In this document: in pieces, positions 9,113-18,242 of the stretch
Layout of the letters: every line of letters starts with the position of its first letter
How positions within the stretch are numbered: the first letter of the stretch is position 1
Sequence record: SRR20825006_2196
Strand: one strand, 5' to 3'
Length of the DNA stretch: 46,073 nt
Translations under genes and position numbers: made by a program
The notes under the pieces: generated by a model
What the model saw: only the letters and a program-made list of their open reading frames with translations
Databases searched by the model: none
What the model was told of the DNA's origin: nothing

Positions 9113-10798
9113 TTAATCGGTGTGCGCTTGCGGCGAGCGCACTTCGGCACTGCCAATACCACGGGGGTCGCTGGCAGCGGTGACTTCGCCGCTTTTCTTG
9201 CCACTGCCCTTGCGCCATAAGATGGCCTGCATATTACCGTAGTTGCGGCCGGTGGAAACCACCTTGTGGCCCATCAGCATCAATTCCTTGGCGGCCTCGC
9301 TGCCGACGAATTCCGGCTCTGCCTGGACTTCGTCAGGCAGAAATTGATGGTGGAATCGCACACGGCTCACCCAGTCTTCCACCGGTTTATCGTTGGCGGC
9401 TTCAATGACGCCCAGCATCACCATGGAGATGATGCGGCTGCCGCCGGGGGTGCCGAGAATGGCCACCCGGTCGTCGAACTCCACGAAGGTGGGGGTCATG
9501 GAAGACAGCGGGCGCTTGCCGGGGGCGATGGCGTTGGCCTGGCTGCCGACCAGGCCGTAGGCATTGGGGCTGCCGGGTTTGGCGGAGAAATCGTCCATTT
9601 CGTTGTTGAGCAGCACTCCGGTGCCGGGGGCCACAAAGCCGCTACCGAACGGCAGGTTAATGCTCAGGGTGGCGGCGACCCGGTTGCCGTCTTTATCCAG
9701 TACCGAGAAATGGGTGGTGTGAAAGCCCTCTTCCACGCCGATGGGCTCGCCCAGGCTGCTGCTGGGGGTGGCCTTGTCCAGGGTGATGCTGCTGGCGCGC
9801 TGTTTGGCGTAGTCGGTACTCAACAGCTTATCCACAGGCATATCCACAAAATCCGGGTCACCCAGATAGCGGGCCCGGTCCTGGTAGGCGCGGCGCATGG
9901 CTTCGATGACCAGGTGCGGGGTCATGTCGCCGGTGTCACCGGCGTTGAACTGGCTGAGGATGTTCAGTGCTTCGCCCATGACGATGCCGCCGGAGGACGG
10001 CGGCGGTGCGGAGATGACTCGTCCTTCGCGGAACGGGCTGACGGTGGGCGTGCGTTCCACCACGGTGTAGTTAGCCAGATCGTCCAGCGTCCAGATGCCG
10101 CCGGCCTGCTGCACGCCGTCTACCAGCTGTTTGGCCACTTCGCCCTGATAGAACCCTGCGTTGCCCTGTTCAGCGATGGCGGTGAGTACCCGGGCCAGAT
10201 CCGGTTGCTGGATCAGGTGGTTATTGGGAGGCACCTTGCCGTTATGCAGGAAAATGGCGGCGGCTTCCGGGAAACGGTTGAGCACGTCTTCGCGGTAACC
10301 GGCGAGCTTGCGGTAATGCTCCTCTACGCGGAAGCCTTTCTCGGCCAGTGCAATGGCTGGGGCCAGGGTGGCAGTGAGGGGTAGTTTGCCGTAGTTGTCC
10401 GCAAGGTGGGCGAAGGCGGCGGCCTGGCCGGGAATGCCGGCGGCGCTGGGGCCGTTTACCGCCCAGTCGCGCATGACGTTGCCATCCTTGTCCTGGTACA
10501 TGGTGGCGGTGGCGGCGCCGGGAGCAGTTTCACGGGCGTCTACAAAGGTCTGCAGCCCGTCCTGTTCCCGGTGCAGCAGCCAGAAGCCGCCCCCGCCCAT
10601 ACCGGCAGAATAGGGTTCGACCACCGCCAGGGCCGCCGCCACGGCCACGGCCGCATCGAAGGCATTACCGCCCTGCTCGAGAATGTTGAGCCCGGCTTCC
10701 GTGGCCAGAGGATGGGCGCTGGCCACCGCGTTCTTGCCCGGCCCGGCCGCCTGGGCGGTGACGGTGATAAGCAGCAGTAACGGGATCAGGGTGCGCAT
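9113..10798 (-). CDS. ggt: Gamma-glutamyltransferase
   Basis: GGNAFDAAVA, DARETAP, nucleophile site HTTHFSV, NNEMDDF, RPLSSMTP and GTPGGS; signal peptide from ATG 10798 with GGAGG SD. Confidence 0.95.
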   Translation of the reverse strand: MRTLIPLLLLITVTAQAAGPGKNAVASAHPLATEAGLNILEQGGNAFDAAVAVAAALAVVEPYSAGMGGGGFWLLHREQDGLQTFVDARETAPGAATATMYQDKDGNVMRDWAVNGPSAAGIPGQAAAFAHLADNYGKLPLTATLAPAIALAEKGFRVEEHYRKLAGYREDVLNRFPEAAAIFLHNGKVPPNNHLIQQPDLARVLTAIAEQGNAGFYQGEVAKQLVDGVQQAGGIWTLDDLANYTVVERTPTVSPFREGRVISAPPPSSGGIVMGEALNILSQFNAGDTGDMTPHLVIEAMRRAYQDRARYLGDPDFVDMPVDKLLSTDYAKQRASSITLDKATPSSSLGEPIGVEEGFHTTHFSVLDKDGNRVAATLSINLPFGSGFVAPGTGVLLNNEMDDFSAKPGSPNAYGLVGSQANAIAPGKRPLSSMTPTFVEFDDRVAILGTPGGSRIISMVMLGVIEAANDKPVEDWVSRVRFHHQFLPDEVQAEPEFVGSEAAKELMLMGHKVVSTGRNYGNMQAILWRKGSGKKSGEVTAASDPRGIGSAEVRSPQAHTD

Positions 10799-10858
10799 CG
10801 GGTGTCCTCCTTGAGAACCGGTGGGTGTGGAGCGGTGTGCGGCGTTTTTGTATGGCTG

Positions 10859-11012
10859 AGTTGAAAGTGAGAAGTTGAAAGTTGAAACGCGGAGCAGACC
10901 CTTTTCTTCTGCCAGGTGGTGCCCGCGTTCATTGGTAATGGCGCGGGTACGGCGTCTCAAAACCAGATCACCCGGTCCGCGCTTTTGAACTTTAAACTTT
11001 CAACGTTGAACT
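10859..11012. repeat. Heptamer-armed inverted-repeat element, copy A
   Basis: 4 heptads agttgaa/agtgaga/agttgaa/agttgaa ... 4 inverted heptads ttgaact/ttaaact/ttcaacg/ttgaact; ends 1 nt from the coaD stop. Confidence 0.85.
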
Positions 11013-11013
11013 G

Positions 11014-11751
<738 letters not shown>

Positions 11752-11963
11752 TCATCGTTTGGCAATTGATTTTATATCTTCATCCTCTTTAATCGCCCGC
11801 TTGTCGCCATCCGTTTGCCGGTTGAAAAGCCTCAGGACTAATTTGGGACTCAAGTCACATAAAGTATTAACCGGGTGTAGCACCGGAAGCCGCCGGTCCC
11901 AGGGAAGATCTCCTTGTCTGGGATGTTCAGGGATAGATGCCGATTTCATGGATTGTGGAAACG

Positions 11964-12935
11964 ATGAGAAAGCAACGGCTGGGCTTTGTAGGATTGGGGG
12001 ATGACACGGCAAGCGCCTGCTTGTCCATGTTGAAGATCATGGATGGCCGGTCTGAAGTGGACTGGAGTCATAGTGATCCTGACAGCGCAGATGTGCTGAT
12101 GATTTCCTGCGATCAAACGGATGAAACGCAACGCTGGGAGCGCAGCGGCAAGCCGCGCATTGTCGTATACCACGGTAATCAGCAAAAACCGGCGTCGCCA
12201 TTTATTCTGCAGCACCCTTTTCGGGTCATGCAGTTGTTATCCGTGCTCGACGAAGTTGCGGGCACCTTGTCGTCTGGGGGAACGTCACTGTCCCATTCCC
12301 CTGCCCAAGTGGCTGCGCCCTCTACGTCTGTATCCAATAATGTCTCCCCTTTTTGGTTATCCCTGCATGAGGCGGTTAACGGAAACGTGACAGACCCGGC
12401 AGGACTGTTGGTGTCGTCATCGTCCCATGGCGTGCTGTACTTCAAGCCGGCGTCACAGCGTTTTTATGCAAGCAAGGCGCTGTTCCGCCAGTTGGCTGCA
12501 GGTTCCGTAGAGTTAGGCCCCCTGAAACCTACCGCAGAGGCTGTACCGGAAGAGACGGTGGCTTGCCCGCTGTTTTCATTGTGCTGGATGGTGTCACGTT
12601 ATGGCGCAACGCATCTGGCACCCTGGATGAATCCTGAAGGAGCCTTTCATCTTAAACGCTGGCCCAGTTTCGGCACCCTGGAAAAGAGCCGCACGCATTT
12701 GTCTCTGTGCGCCTTGATGACCAAGCGCCCCCTGACCCGCGAACAAATTCAGCAAGTGTCACACTGCAGCGAGGAAGAGCTGGATAGGTTCATCAATGCG
12801 TGTGAAATGAGTGACCTGATGGTGTTCGAGGAAGCCGTTCAGGTGCCGTTGCCGGAGGCCGCTGCCGAGGAAGGAAAAGGACGCTTTGGTGGTTTGATCA
12901 AAGGCTTGCGCAGTCGATTGGGGTTGAGTGCTTAG
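11964..12935 (+). CDS. Hypothetical protein: receiver-like N-terminus, S/P-rich linker, C-terminal wHTH-like region and amphipathic tail; partner of the GTPase module
   Basis: ADVLMISCD...ILQHPFRVMQLL resembles a receiver fold; LKRWPSF...PLTREQI...LDRFINAC; tail GRFGGLIKGLRSRLGL; stop is 2 nt before the GTPase start. Confidence 0.7.
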   Translation: MRKQRLGFVGLGDDTASACLSMLKIMDGRSEVDWSHSDPDSADVLMISCDQTDETQRWERSGKPRIVVYHGNQQKPASPFILQHPFRVMQLLSVLDEVAGTLSSGGTSLSHSPAQVAAPSTSVSNNVSPFWLSLHEAVNGNVTDPAGLLVSSSSHGVLYFKPASQRFYASKALFRQLAAGSVELGPLKPTAEAVPEETVACPLFSLCWMVSRYGATHLAPWMNPEGAFHLKRWPSFGTLEKSRTHLSLCALMTKRPLTREQIQQVSHCSEEELDRFINACEMSDLMVFEEAVQVPLPEAAAEEGKGRFGGLIKGLRSRLGLSA

Positions 12936-12937
12936 CA

Positions 12938-13489
12938 ATGACAAATGACGAATTCAAAATTCTTTTTACCGGTCCCATGGGGGCAGGGAAAACCACGGCA
13001 ATTACTGCATTAAGTGACCAGGAATGTGTGTCCACGGATGTGGTGAATACCGATATCGACCAGTGCGACAAGGAAATGACCACGGCAGCGCTGGATTATG
13101 GCTTCATTGATATTCCTGGCGGGGGGGGTGTGCGCCTTTATGGCACACCAGGGCAGGAGCGGTTTCGGTTTATGTGGCCGATCCTTGCCAATAATGCTGC
13201 TGGTGTGATCGTGCTGTTGAATGGTGAGCACCCGGATCTGGATAGTCACCTGTCAGTGTTCGTCGATGCATTCTGGGAGCAGGGTGCCATGCCAATGGTC
13301 ATTGGCGTAGGCCGGTTGGCCAGCGAGGATTTTGAAATTATCGAACGAATCACCGATACCTTGCTGGAACGTCATATTTCGCCGCCCATTTTTTCTGTGG
13401 ATGTCAGGGAAAAAGACGATGTTCTGTTACTGGTCGAAGCATTGCTTTGCCAGATTGAAGTTAACGAAATGGGAATGATGCAAGCATGA
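12938..13489 (+). CDS. MglA/CvnD-like small Ras-superfamily GTPase
   Basis: G1 GPMGAGKT, TTAALDYG and G3 LYGTPGQERFRFMW; 183 aa. Confidence 0.88.
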   Translation: MTNDEFKILFTGPMGAGKTTAITALSDQECVSTDVVNTDIDQCDKEMTTAALDYGFIDIPGGGGVRLYGTPGQERFRFMWPILANNAAGVIVLLNGEHPDLDSHLSVFVDAFWEQGAMPMVIGVGRLASEDFEIIERITDTLLERHISPPIFSVDVREKDDVLLLVEALLCQIEVNEMGMMQA

Positions 13490-13890
13490 AAGTCGCCTCT
13501 CCGCTGGGAAAAACCGAAACGGCGGTTGCCCAGAAAGAACTGGAAAATTTTCAGGAAAATACCAAAGGGGTTACCTCGGCAGTACTGCTGAGTGCCGATG
13601 GGTTTGAAGTGGCCTCGTTACAGGTGAACAAGGATAGCGCAAGCCGGCTTGCAGCCATGGGCAGTTCGTTGGCGGCGATAAGTTCCGCCATTGCCAAGGA
13701 GGCGGGCATTTCCGAATGCAGCAGATTGATTGTTGAATCGGACGAAGGCGTTGTTGCGGTCATGAAGGTTCCGAATCTAAAGCCACCACTGGCACTTGCA
13801 GTGGTGGCGAACGATGCCTCTTTGTTGGGGCAGCTTCTCTGGGGGGCCAAGAACTGTTGTGCCTCTCTTGAGGAAAAACTAAAAAAGTAA
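13486..13890 (+). CDS. Roadblock/LC7 domain protein (MglB-like)
   Basis: GVTSAVLLSADGFEVA, RLAAMGSSL and LGQLLW motifs; ATGA overlap with the GTPase. Confidence 0.88.
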   Translation: MKVASPLGKTETAVAQKELENFQENTKGVTSAVLLSADGFEVASLQVNKDSASRLAAMGSSLAAISSAIAKEAGISECSRLIVESDEGVVAVMKVPNLKPPLALAVVANDASLLGQLLWGAKNCCASLEEKLKK

Positions 13891-13945
13891 ATTTTATAAC
13901 CCGATGAAAATATCGGGATAACATAAGTGTTGAAGGAGATTTACC

Positions 13946-14305
13946 ATGGCTAATGTCAAAGAAAGTATGGATGTACTGCTGCAGTCTGACGGTGCCATGT
14001 GTACCGCCATTGTTGATGCCAACAGTGGCATGGTGCTGGGTCAGGCCGGCAGCGGGCTGGACCTGGAGCTGGCAGCGGCGGGCAATACGGAAGTGGTCCG
14101 CGCCAAGTTGAAAACCATGAAGTCGCTGGGTCTCAATGACAAGATTGAAGACATCCTGATTACCCTCGGGACCCAGTATCATATTATTCGTCCGGTGGCT
14201 TCGAAAGAAGGCCTGTTTATCTATCTGGTGCTGGACAAAAGCAAATCGAATCTGGCCCTGGCTCGCCGTAACTGTCAGGAAGTGGAATCCACGCTGTCGC
14301 TGTAA
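13946..14305 (+). CDS. Second roadblock-like small protein
   Basis: GAMCTAIVDANSGMVLG, LAAAGNTEVVRAK, IEDILITL..QYHIIRP and NLALAR; strong GAAGGAG SD. Confidence 0.8.
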   Translation: MANVKESMDVLLQSDGAMCTAIVDANSGMVLGQAGSGLDLELAAAGNTEVVRAKLKTMKSLGLNDKIEDILITLGTQYHIIRPVASKEGLFIYLVLDKSKSNLALARRNCQEVESTLSL

Positions 14306-14315
14306 TCTGCTTTCA

Positions 14316-14348
14316 CCCCGCCATGCCTTCTGGTTGGCGGGGCTTTTT
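14316..14348 (+). terminator. Intrinsic terminator ending the GTPase operon
   Basis: ccccgcca...tggcgggg stem followed by cttttt. Confidence 0.7.
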
Positions 14349-14402
14349 CTCATTCCTCTTTTTCTTTTCCCCTTTCCGTTTTCTTTATTGCTTCCTGGGA
14401 AT

Positions 14403-15461
14403 TTACTGTGCCTCAGCGTGGGCCTGCTGCTGGTGGTATCGCCGGGTGCTCTTTTCTATCACCTCCTTTATGTTTGGGGCGGTGGCATGATGCTGCTGGA
14501 GAAAAGCTTCCGTAATGGCGGTATCAAAGCGTGTAGGTTGAATAAAGTGGAGTGCTTCCGGGTAAGTATTCATCAATGCTGCCAGGCCGGGCAGGCGTAA
14601 CAGTGCAGCCAGAACGGGAATGGGTATATAGCGACGCGGGGCATGTTTGTTCATGTGAGCGGCCGCTTGCGCGAGCATCGGTTGGAGATTCGGTGTCTGC
14701 CCATCCAGGGCCAGCAGTTTTTCCGGTACGGCCTCGGCGGTGGCGGCCAGGCGAATGATGTCTGCGAGGTGGTCCACGGCCACCAGAGGCAGCCAGTGTG
14801 CCGGCGTGCCGGGCACCAGCGCCAGGCGACCGCGAGCGAGATTGTCGAGCAGGCTGTATAGCGGTTGGCTGTTATCCAGCTCGCCGGTCTGGCTGTTGCC
14901 GGCCACGGTAGCGGGCTGGACTTCCACAAAATCGAGCGCGTGCTGTTTGGCGAAAGCCCGTGCCCGAAAGGCGGCTTCCAGTTTGCTGGCTTCATAACCG
15001 CCGGCCCGTCGGTAGACCTTCGGCCAGTCGGTGCCTAAGGGCTCGGCGGTATCAATGCCAAGCCGATTCAGGTGCGCCCGGTTTTCCAGCATGAAACCAC
15101 TGATAAACACCAAACGGCATTGATGTTGGCGGGCCAATTCTGCCACGGCCAGGCTGCCTGCGACATTGGTGTGGCGGGCGGTCCTGGTGTCCAGCCGCCA
15201 GGCGAAACGGGCGCCGAGATGAATGACGGCGTCGAGTTCGGGAAGGGGTGCGGTCAGGCCCAGATGAGGCTGATCCAGATCGCCGCTGACCGGCTGGAGC
15301 AAGTGGTCTTGCCCGCCAAGGGCGTCTACCTGTTGGCGGAGGGTATCCAGTTGAGCCTCTGGGCGCCGCAGCATGGTGACGACGGTGTGGTTCTGGCGGG
15401 TCAGGCTGGCGCAGACGTGGCGACCGATAAAACCGGTGGCCCCGGTGATAAAGAAGATCAT
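14403..15461 (-). CDS. Extended SDR / NAD-dependent epimerase-dehydratase family oxidoreductase
   Basis: TGATGFIG, NVAGS and YEASK (YxxxK) motifs. Confidence 0.88.
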   Translation of the reverse strand: MIFFITGATGFIGRHVCASLTRQNHTVVTMLRRPEAQLDTLRQQVDALGGQDHLLQPVSGDLDQPHLGLTAPLPELDAVIHLGARFAWRLDTRTARHTNVAGSLAVAELARQHQCRLVFISGFMLENRAHLNRLGIDTAEPLGTDWPKVYRRAGGYEASKLEAAFRARAFAKQHALDFVEVQPATVAGNSQTGELDNSQPLYSLLDNLARGRLALVPGTPAHWLPLVAVDHLADIIRLAATAEAVPEKLLALDGQTPNLQPMLAQAAAHMNKHAPRRYIPIPVLAALLRLPGLAALMNTYPEALHFIQPTRFDTAITEAFLQQHHATAPNIKEVIEKSTRRYHQQQAHAEAQ

Positions 15462-15511
15462 GGTGATGTCCTTTTCCTGTTTTCACGGAGGTGCGGAGAA
15501 AGCTCACGACT

Positions 15512-15543
15512 ACGCTAAGGTGTAGAGTATGCTCTAAGGTCAA
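15512..15543 (-). promoter_or_regulatory. MerR-type promoter/operator for the SDR gene
   Basis: Minus strand TTGACC, 20-nt spacer, TAGCGT, with dyad TAGAG-N4-CTCTA (15523-15536) in the spacer; divergent from a MerR gene. Confidence 0.75.
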
Positions 15544-15564
15544 CAGGGAATAAGTGAGCTTCCT

Positions 15565-15948
15565 ATGCGCATTGCAGAGCTGGAGCAACGAACCGGTGTA
15601 AGCCGCCATACCTTGCGGTATTACGAAAAAGAGGGGTTGCTGCTGGAGGTCGGCAGGCGGGGTAATAACTACCGGGATTATTCGGAAAAAGCGGTGCAGC
15701 GGGTGGGCATGGTGCGCCAGCTCAAGGCGCTGGGGTTTTCGCTCAAGGAGATCCGCGAGGTGCTGGACGCCCTGCGCAGTGACAGCATCGATTGTGACCA
15801 GGGGGCGGCGTTGATGGCCGAGAAGAAAGCCGCGGTGGATCGCAAGATCACGGAGCTGAAGGCGGTCAGCCGGCTGTTGGGTGAGGAGCAAAAACGTTTG
15901 CTCGCCAGTGCTGAGGCGCAGCGGCGTAGCCAGTCTTGCGCAGGGTAA
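15565..15948 (+). CDS. MerR family transcriptional regulator
   Basis: MRIAELEQRTGVSRHTLRYYEKEGLL, NNYRDY and LGFSLKEIRE. Confidence 0.93.
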   Translation: MRIAELEQRTGVSRHTLRYYEKEGLLLEVGRRGNNYRDYSEKAVQRVGMVRQLKALGFSLKEIREVLDALRSDSIDCDQGAALMAEKKAAVDRKITELKAVSRLLGEEQKRLLASAEAQRRSQSCAG

Positions 15949-16114
15949 ACGCAATTTCCAGAAAGATTTACCTTTTGCCTGCTGGCGGCACTTTTCGTCA
16001 ATTCTGGTGGTTTTGGTTAGCGCCCTGGTCGGACAAGTGTCGATTTTTACTGGCGTGCGGAAGGCGCGGTCATTAGCGTGATTTTCCTCTTATTCGTTAC
16101 CTGCAGGAAAGCCC

Positions 16115-16702
16115 ATGAGTCGCGCAACGCAAGCTAATCCCTCTGTTCAGGCTGTGCCGGGCCTGTCGTTTACGGCAGCAAAGGCACAGGGACAAGTGAC
16201 CCGGGATGAGGCGCTGGCCATTTTTGATGCGCTGGAGCCGGTGGCCCCGGATTTCATGATCGGTGCCTGGAAAGGCGAAGGGTTTGAAACCGGCCACCCG
16301 CTGGACGGGGTGCTGGAGCGTTGCCATTGGCACGGCAAGCGTTTCGAGAGCGAAGAGCATGTGCACCCGCTGGTGTTCCGCAAGGTATCTGGCAAGCTCA
16401 CCTCGGTGAAGCCGCTACTGGCCATGCCCGGGCTGGGGTTGCTGGATCAGATGCCGTTCCTGAATTCGGCGTTTGTGGGCAAGGTGTTTCAGTGGGTGTT
16501 GCCGTTGCTATCCGGGCGTAAATCGGCGGCGCGACTGCGCACCACCACCTACCGGGGGGTAGCCACGGCGACCATGATGTATGACAACCTGCCGATCAAC
16601 GATGTGTTCCGCAAGGTGGATGACAATACCGTACTCGGCATCATGGACCTGAAAGGCATGCAGCAGCCGTTCTTCTTTGTACTGCGTCGCGACGGAAGCT
16701 GA
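16115..16702 (+). CDS. GXWXG / DUF4334 domain protein
   Basis: MIGAWKG, TGHPLDG, WHGKRF and MMYDNLPINDVFRKVDDNTVLGIMD. Confidence 0.82.
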   Translation: MSRATQANPSVQAVPGLSFTAAKAQGQVTRDEALAIFDALEPVAPDFMIGAWKGEGFETGHPLDGVLERCHWHGKRFESEEHVHPLVFRKVSGKLTSVKPLLAMPGLGLLDQMPFLNSAFVGKVFQWVLPLLSGRKSAARLRTTTYRGVATATMMYDNLPINDVFRKVDDNTVLGIMDLKGMQQPFFFVLRRDGS

Positions 16703-16797
16703 GCTCTGCGGTGCCGGGTTCCGCCTTGCAGCCGCTATTTCAAAATGCGCACAAATTTGCTTTAGTGAAGGTTCGCTTCAATGACAAGGAGGTTGTC

Positions 16798-17175
16798 ATG
16801 CGAACGTGGGTGATTGTGCTACTGCTGATATCGCCGCTGGTATCCGCGGAGTCGGTGGGACGCCTTGAAGGCCAGAGTGACGACGGTCAGGCGTTTCGTC
16901 TTGGTATGGAAAGCATCGGTGTTGTCCGGTTGCCTCAAGTGGCGGATAGCGGCTTCGAATCAATACACCGGTTCACGGATGAGCCTTGTGTCTTCATGAA
17001 GGGCGATACCATGATGCTGGTGTGTTCCGGGTCGCCCGGCAGTGGCCTGAGTGGTTCACTGTATCAGCAGGTGGGTGAGCCGGAAAAGATAACCCGAGTG
17101 GTGACGATGGAATGTGTGCGTGGCTGTTCCGACAGTGTGCCGGCAGTGATGCAATACATTCCCGTCCAGTGTTGA
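16798..17175 (+). CDS. Hypothetical secreted Cys-containing protein
   Basis: AAGGAGG SD before ATG 16798; signal peptide MRTWVIVLLLISPLVSA; five Cys. Confidence 0.65.
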   Translation: MRTWVIVLLLISPLVSAESVGRLEGQSDDGQAFRLGMESIGVVRLPQVADSGFESIHRFTDEPCVFMKGDTMMLVCSGSPGSGLSGSLYQQVGEPEKITRVVTMECVRGCSDSVPAVMQYIPVQC

Positions 17176-17231
17176 TTGCCAGAGCTCACGGCGGCTGAGC
17201 GTTTGCGCCAGCCCGGTGTGTTCAGGGCCGT

Positions 17232-18095
17232 TCAGTAACCACTGTCCTCTGCGTCGCCGCTGAGGCGTTCGCGCCGTTCTTGTTCTTCCTCAAACGCGGC
17301 TTTAATTTCTGCCAGCACATCATCCACATCGGCAATGTGCTCGTCGTCGTCCACGTGGCCGCTGAGTTCGGTATCTGGTGTCAGCTCCCCGCTTTCATAC
17401 AAGGCCCAGATTTCCTGGCCGTAGCGGCTGCCGCGCAGTGACGGTGCGTACTGGCCGTAGTAGCGGGTCATGTTGTCCACGTCGCGATACAGCATGGCTT
17501 CGGCGTTGTTGTTGGCGGCGGCATCCACGGCCTGGGGCAGATCGATGATCACCGGGCCGTAGTCGTCTACTAGCACATTGAATTCCGACAGATCGCCGTG
17601 AACCACGCCGGCGCAGAGCATGCGAACCACGTACTGCATCATCAGGGCGTGGTCTTCTTCGGCTTGCTCGGCGGACATGACCACCTCGCTTAGCCGGGGA
17701 GCCACATCGCCTTCGTCGTCGGTGACCAGTTCCATCAACAGCACGCCTTCGAGCATGTCGTAGGGCTTGGGCACGCGCACCCCGGCGCTGGCAAGCAGGC
17801 GCAGGGCATCCACTTCGGCGCTCTGCCAGATTTGCTCCTGCTGTTCGCGGCCAAATTTGGAACCCTTTTCCATGGCCCGGCTGCGGCGGCTGTTACGCAC
17901 CTTGCGCCCTTCCCGATACTGGGCAGCTTTCTTGAAGTTGCGCTTGGCGGCTTCCTTGTAGACTTTCGCGCAGCGGATCTCCTGGCCACAGCGGACCACG
18001 AAGATATCGGCTTCCTTGCCACTCATCAGACGGCTGATGACCTCATCGACGAGACCGTCATCGACCAGGGGCTGTAAACGTTGCGGGGTTTTCAT
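17232..18095 (-). CDS. RIO1-like protein kinase (PA4780 family)
   Basis: MKTPQRLQPLVDDGLVDEV, SGKEA, AKVYK, VHGDLSEFNVL and IIDLPQAVD. Confidence 0.9.
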   Translation of the reverse strand: MKTPQRLQPLVDDGLVDEVISRLMSGKEADIFVVRCGQEIRCAKVYKEAAKRNFKKAAQYREGRKVRNSRRSRAMEKGSKFGREQQEQIWQSAEVDALRLLASAGVRVPKPYDMLEGVLLMELVTDDEGDVAPRLSEVVMSAEQAEEDHALMMQYVVRMLCAGVVHGDLSEFNVLVDDYGPVIIDLPQAVDAAANNNAEAMLYRDVDNMTRYYGQYAPSLRGSRYGQEIWALYESGELTPDTELSGHVDDDEHIADVDDVLAEIKAAFEEEQERRERLSGDAEDSGY

Positions 18096-18196
18096 GCCGC
18101 ACTTATACCTTATTTGGCGCACGGCTTCGCCTGCTTCCTGCGGTTTTCGGCGAGGATGGGCAGAGAAAGTCGGGTGTGACGGTAAGGGGGATGATG

Positions 18197-18230
18197 AAAA
18201 GCCCTGCTGCGCGAAGGTGGCGCAGCAGGG
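18197..18230 (-). terminator. Intrinsic terminator after the GMC oxidoreductase
   Basis: 11-bp stem ccctgctgcgc/gcgcagcaggg followed on the minus strand by CTTTT. Confidence 0.7.
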
Positions 18231-18242
18231 AGTCAGGGGGGC

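Noticed and set aside
10799-10960. Extended N-terminus of ggt (similarly for coaD, HPP, PaaI and slyD)
   Set aside because: The ggt extension reads through the heptamer element, and a signal peptide with SD begins at 10798. The other extensions lack family similarity.
10859-11012. Heptamer elements as CRISPR arrays or simple terminators
   Set aside because: No repeat-spacer alternation and no cas genes; the arms are ~100 nt or more apart and lack a compact stem plus U-tract.
15523-15536. Shared TAGAG...CTCTA core between the MerR dyad and the TetR palindrome at 22137-22154
   Set aside because: Spacing differs (4 versus 6 nt) and the regulator families differ; a 5-bp half-site match is plausible by chance.
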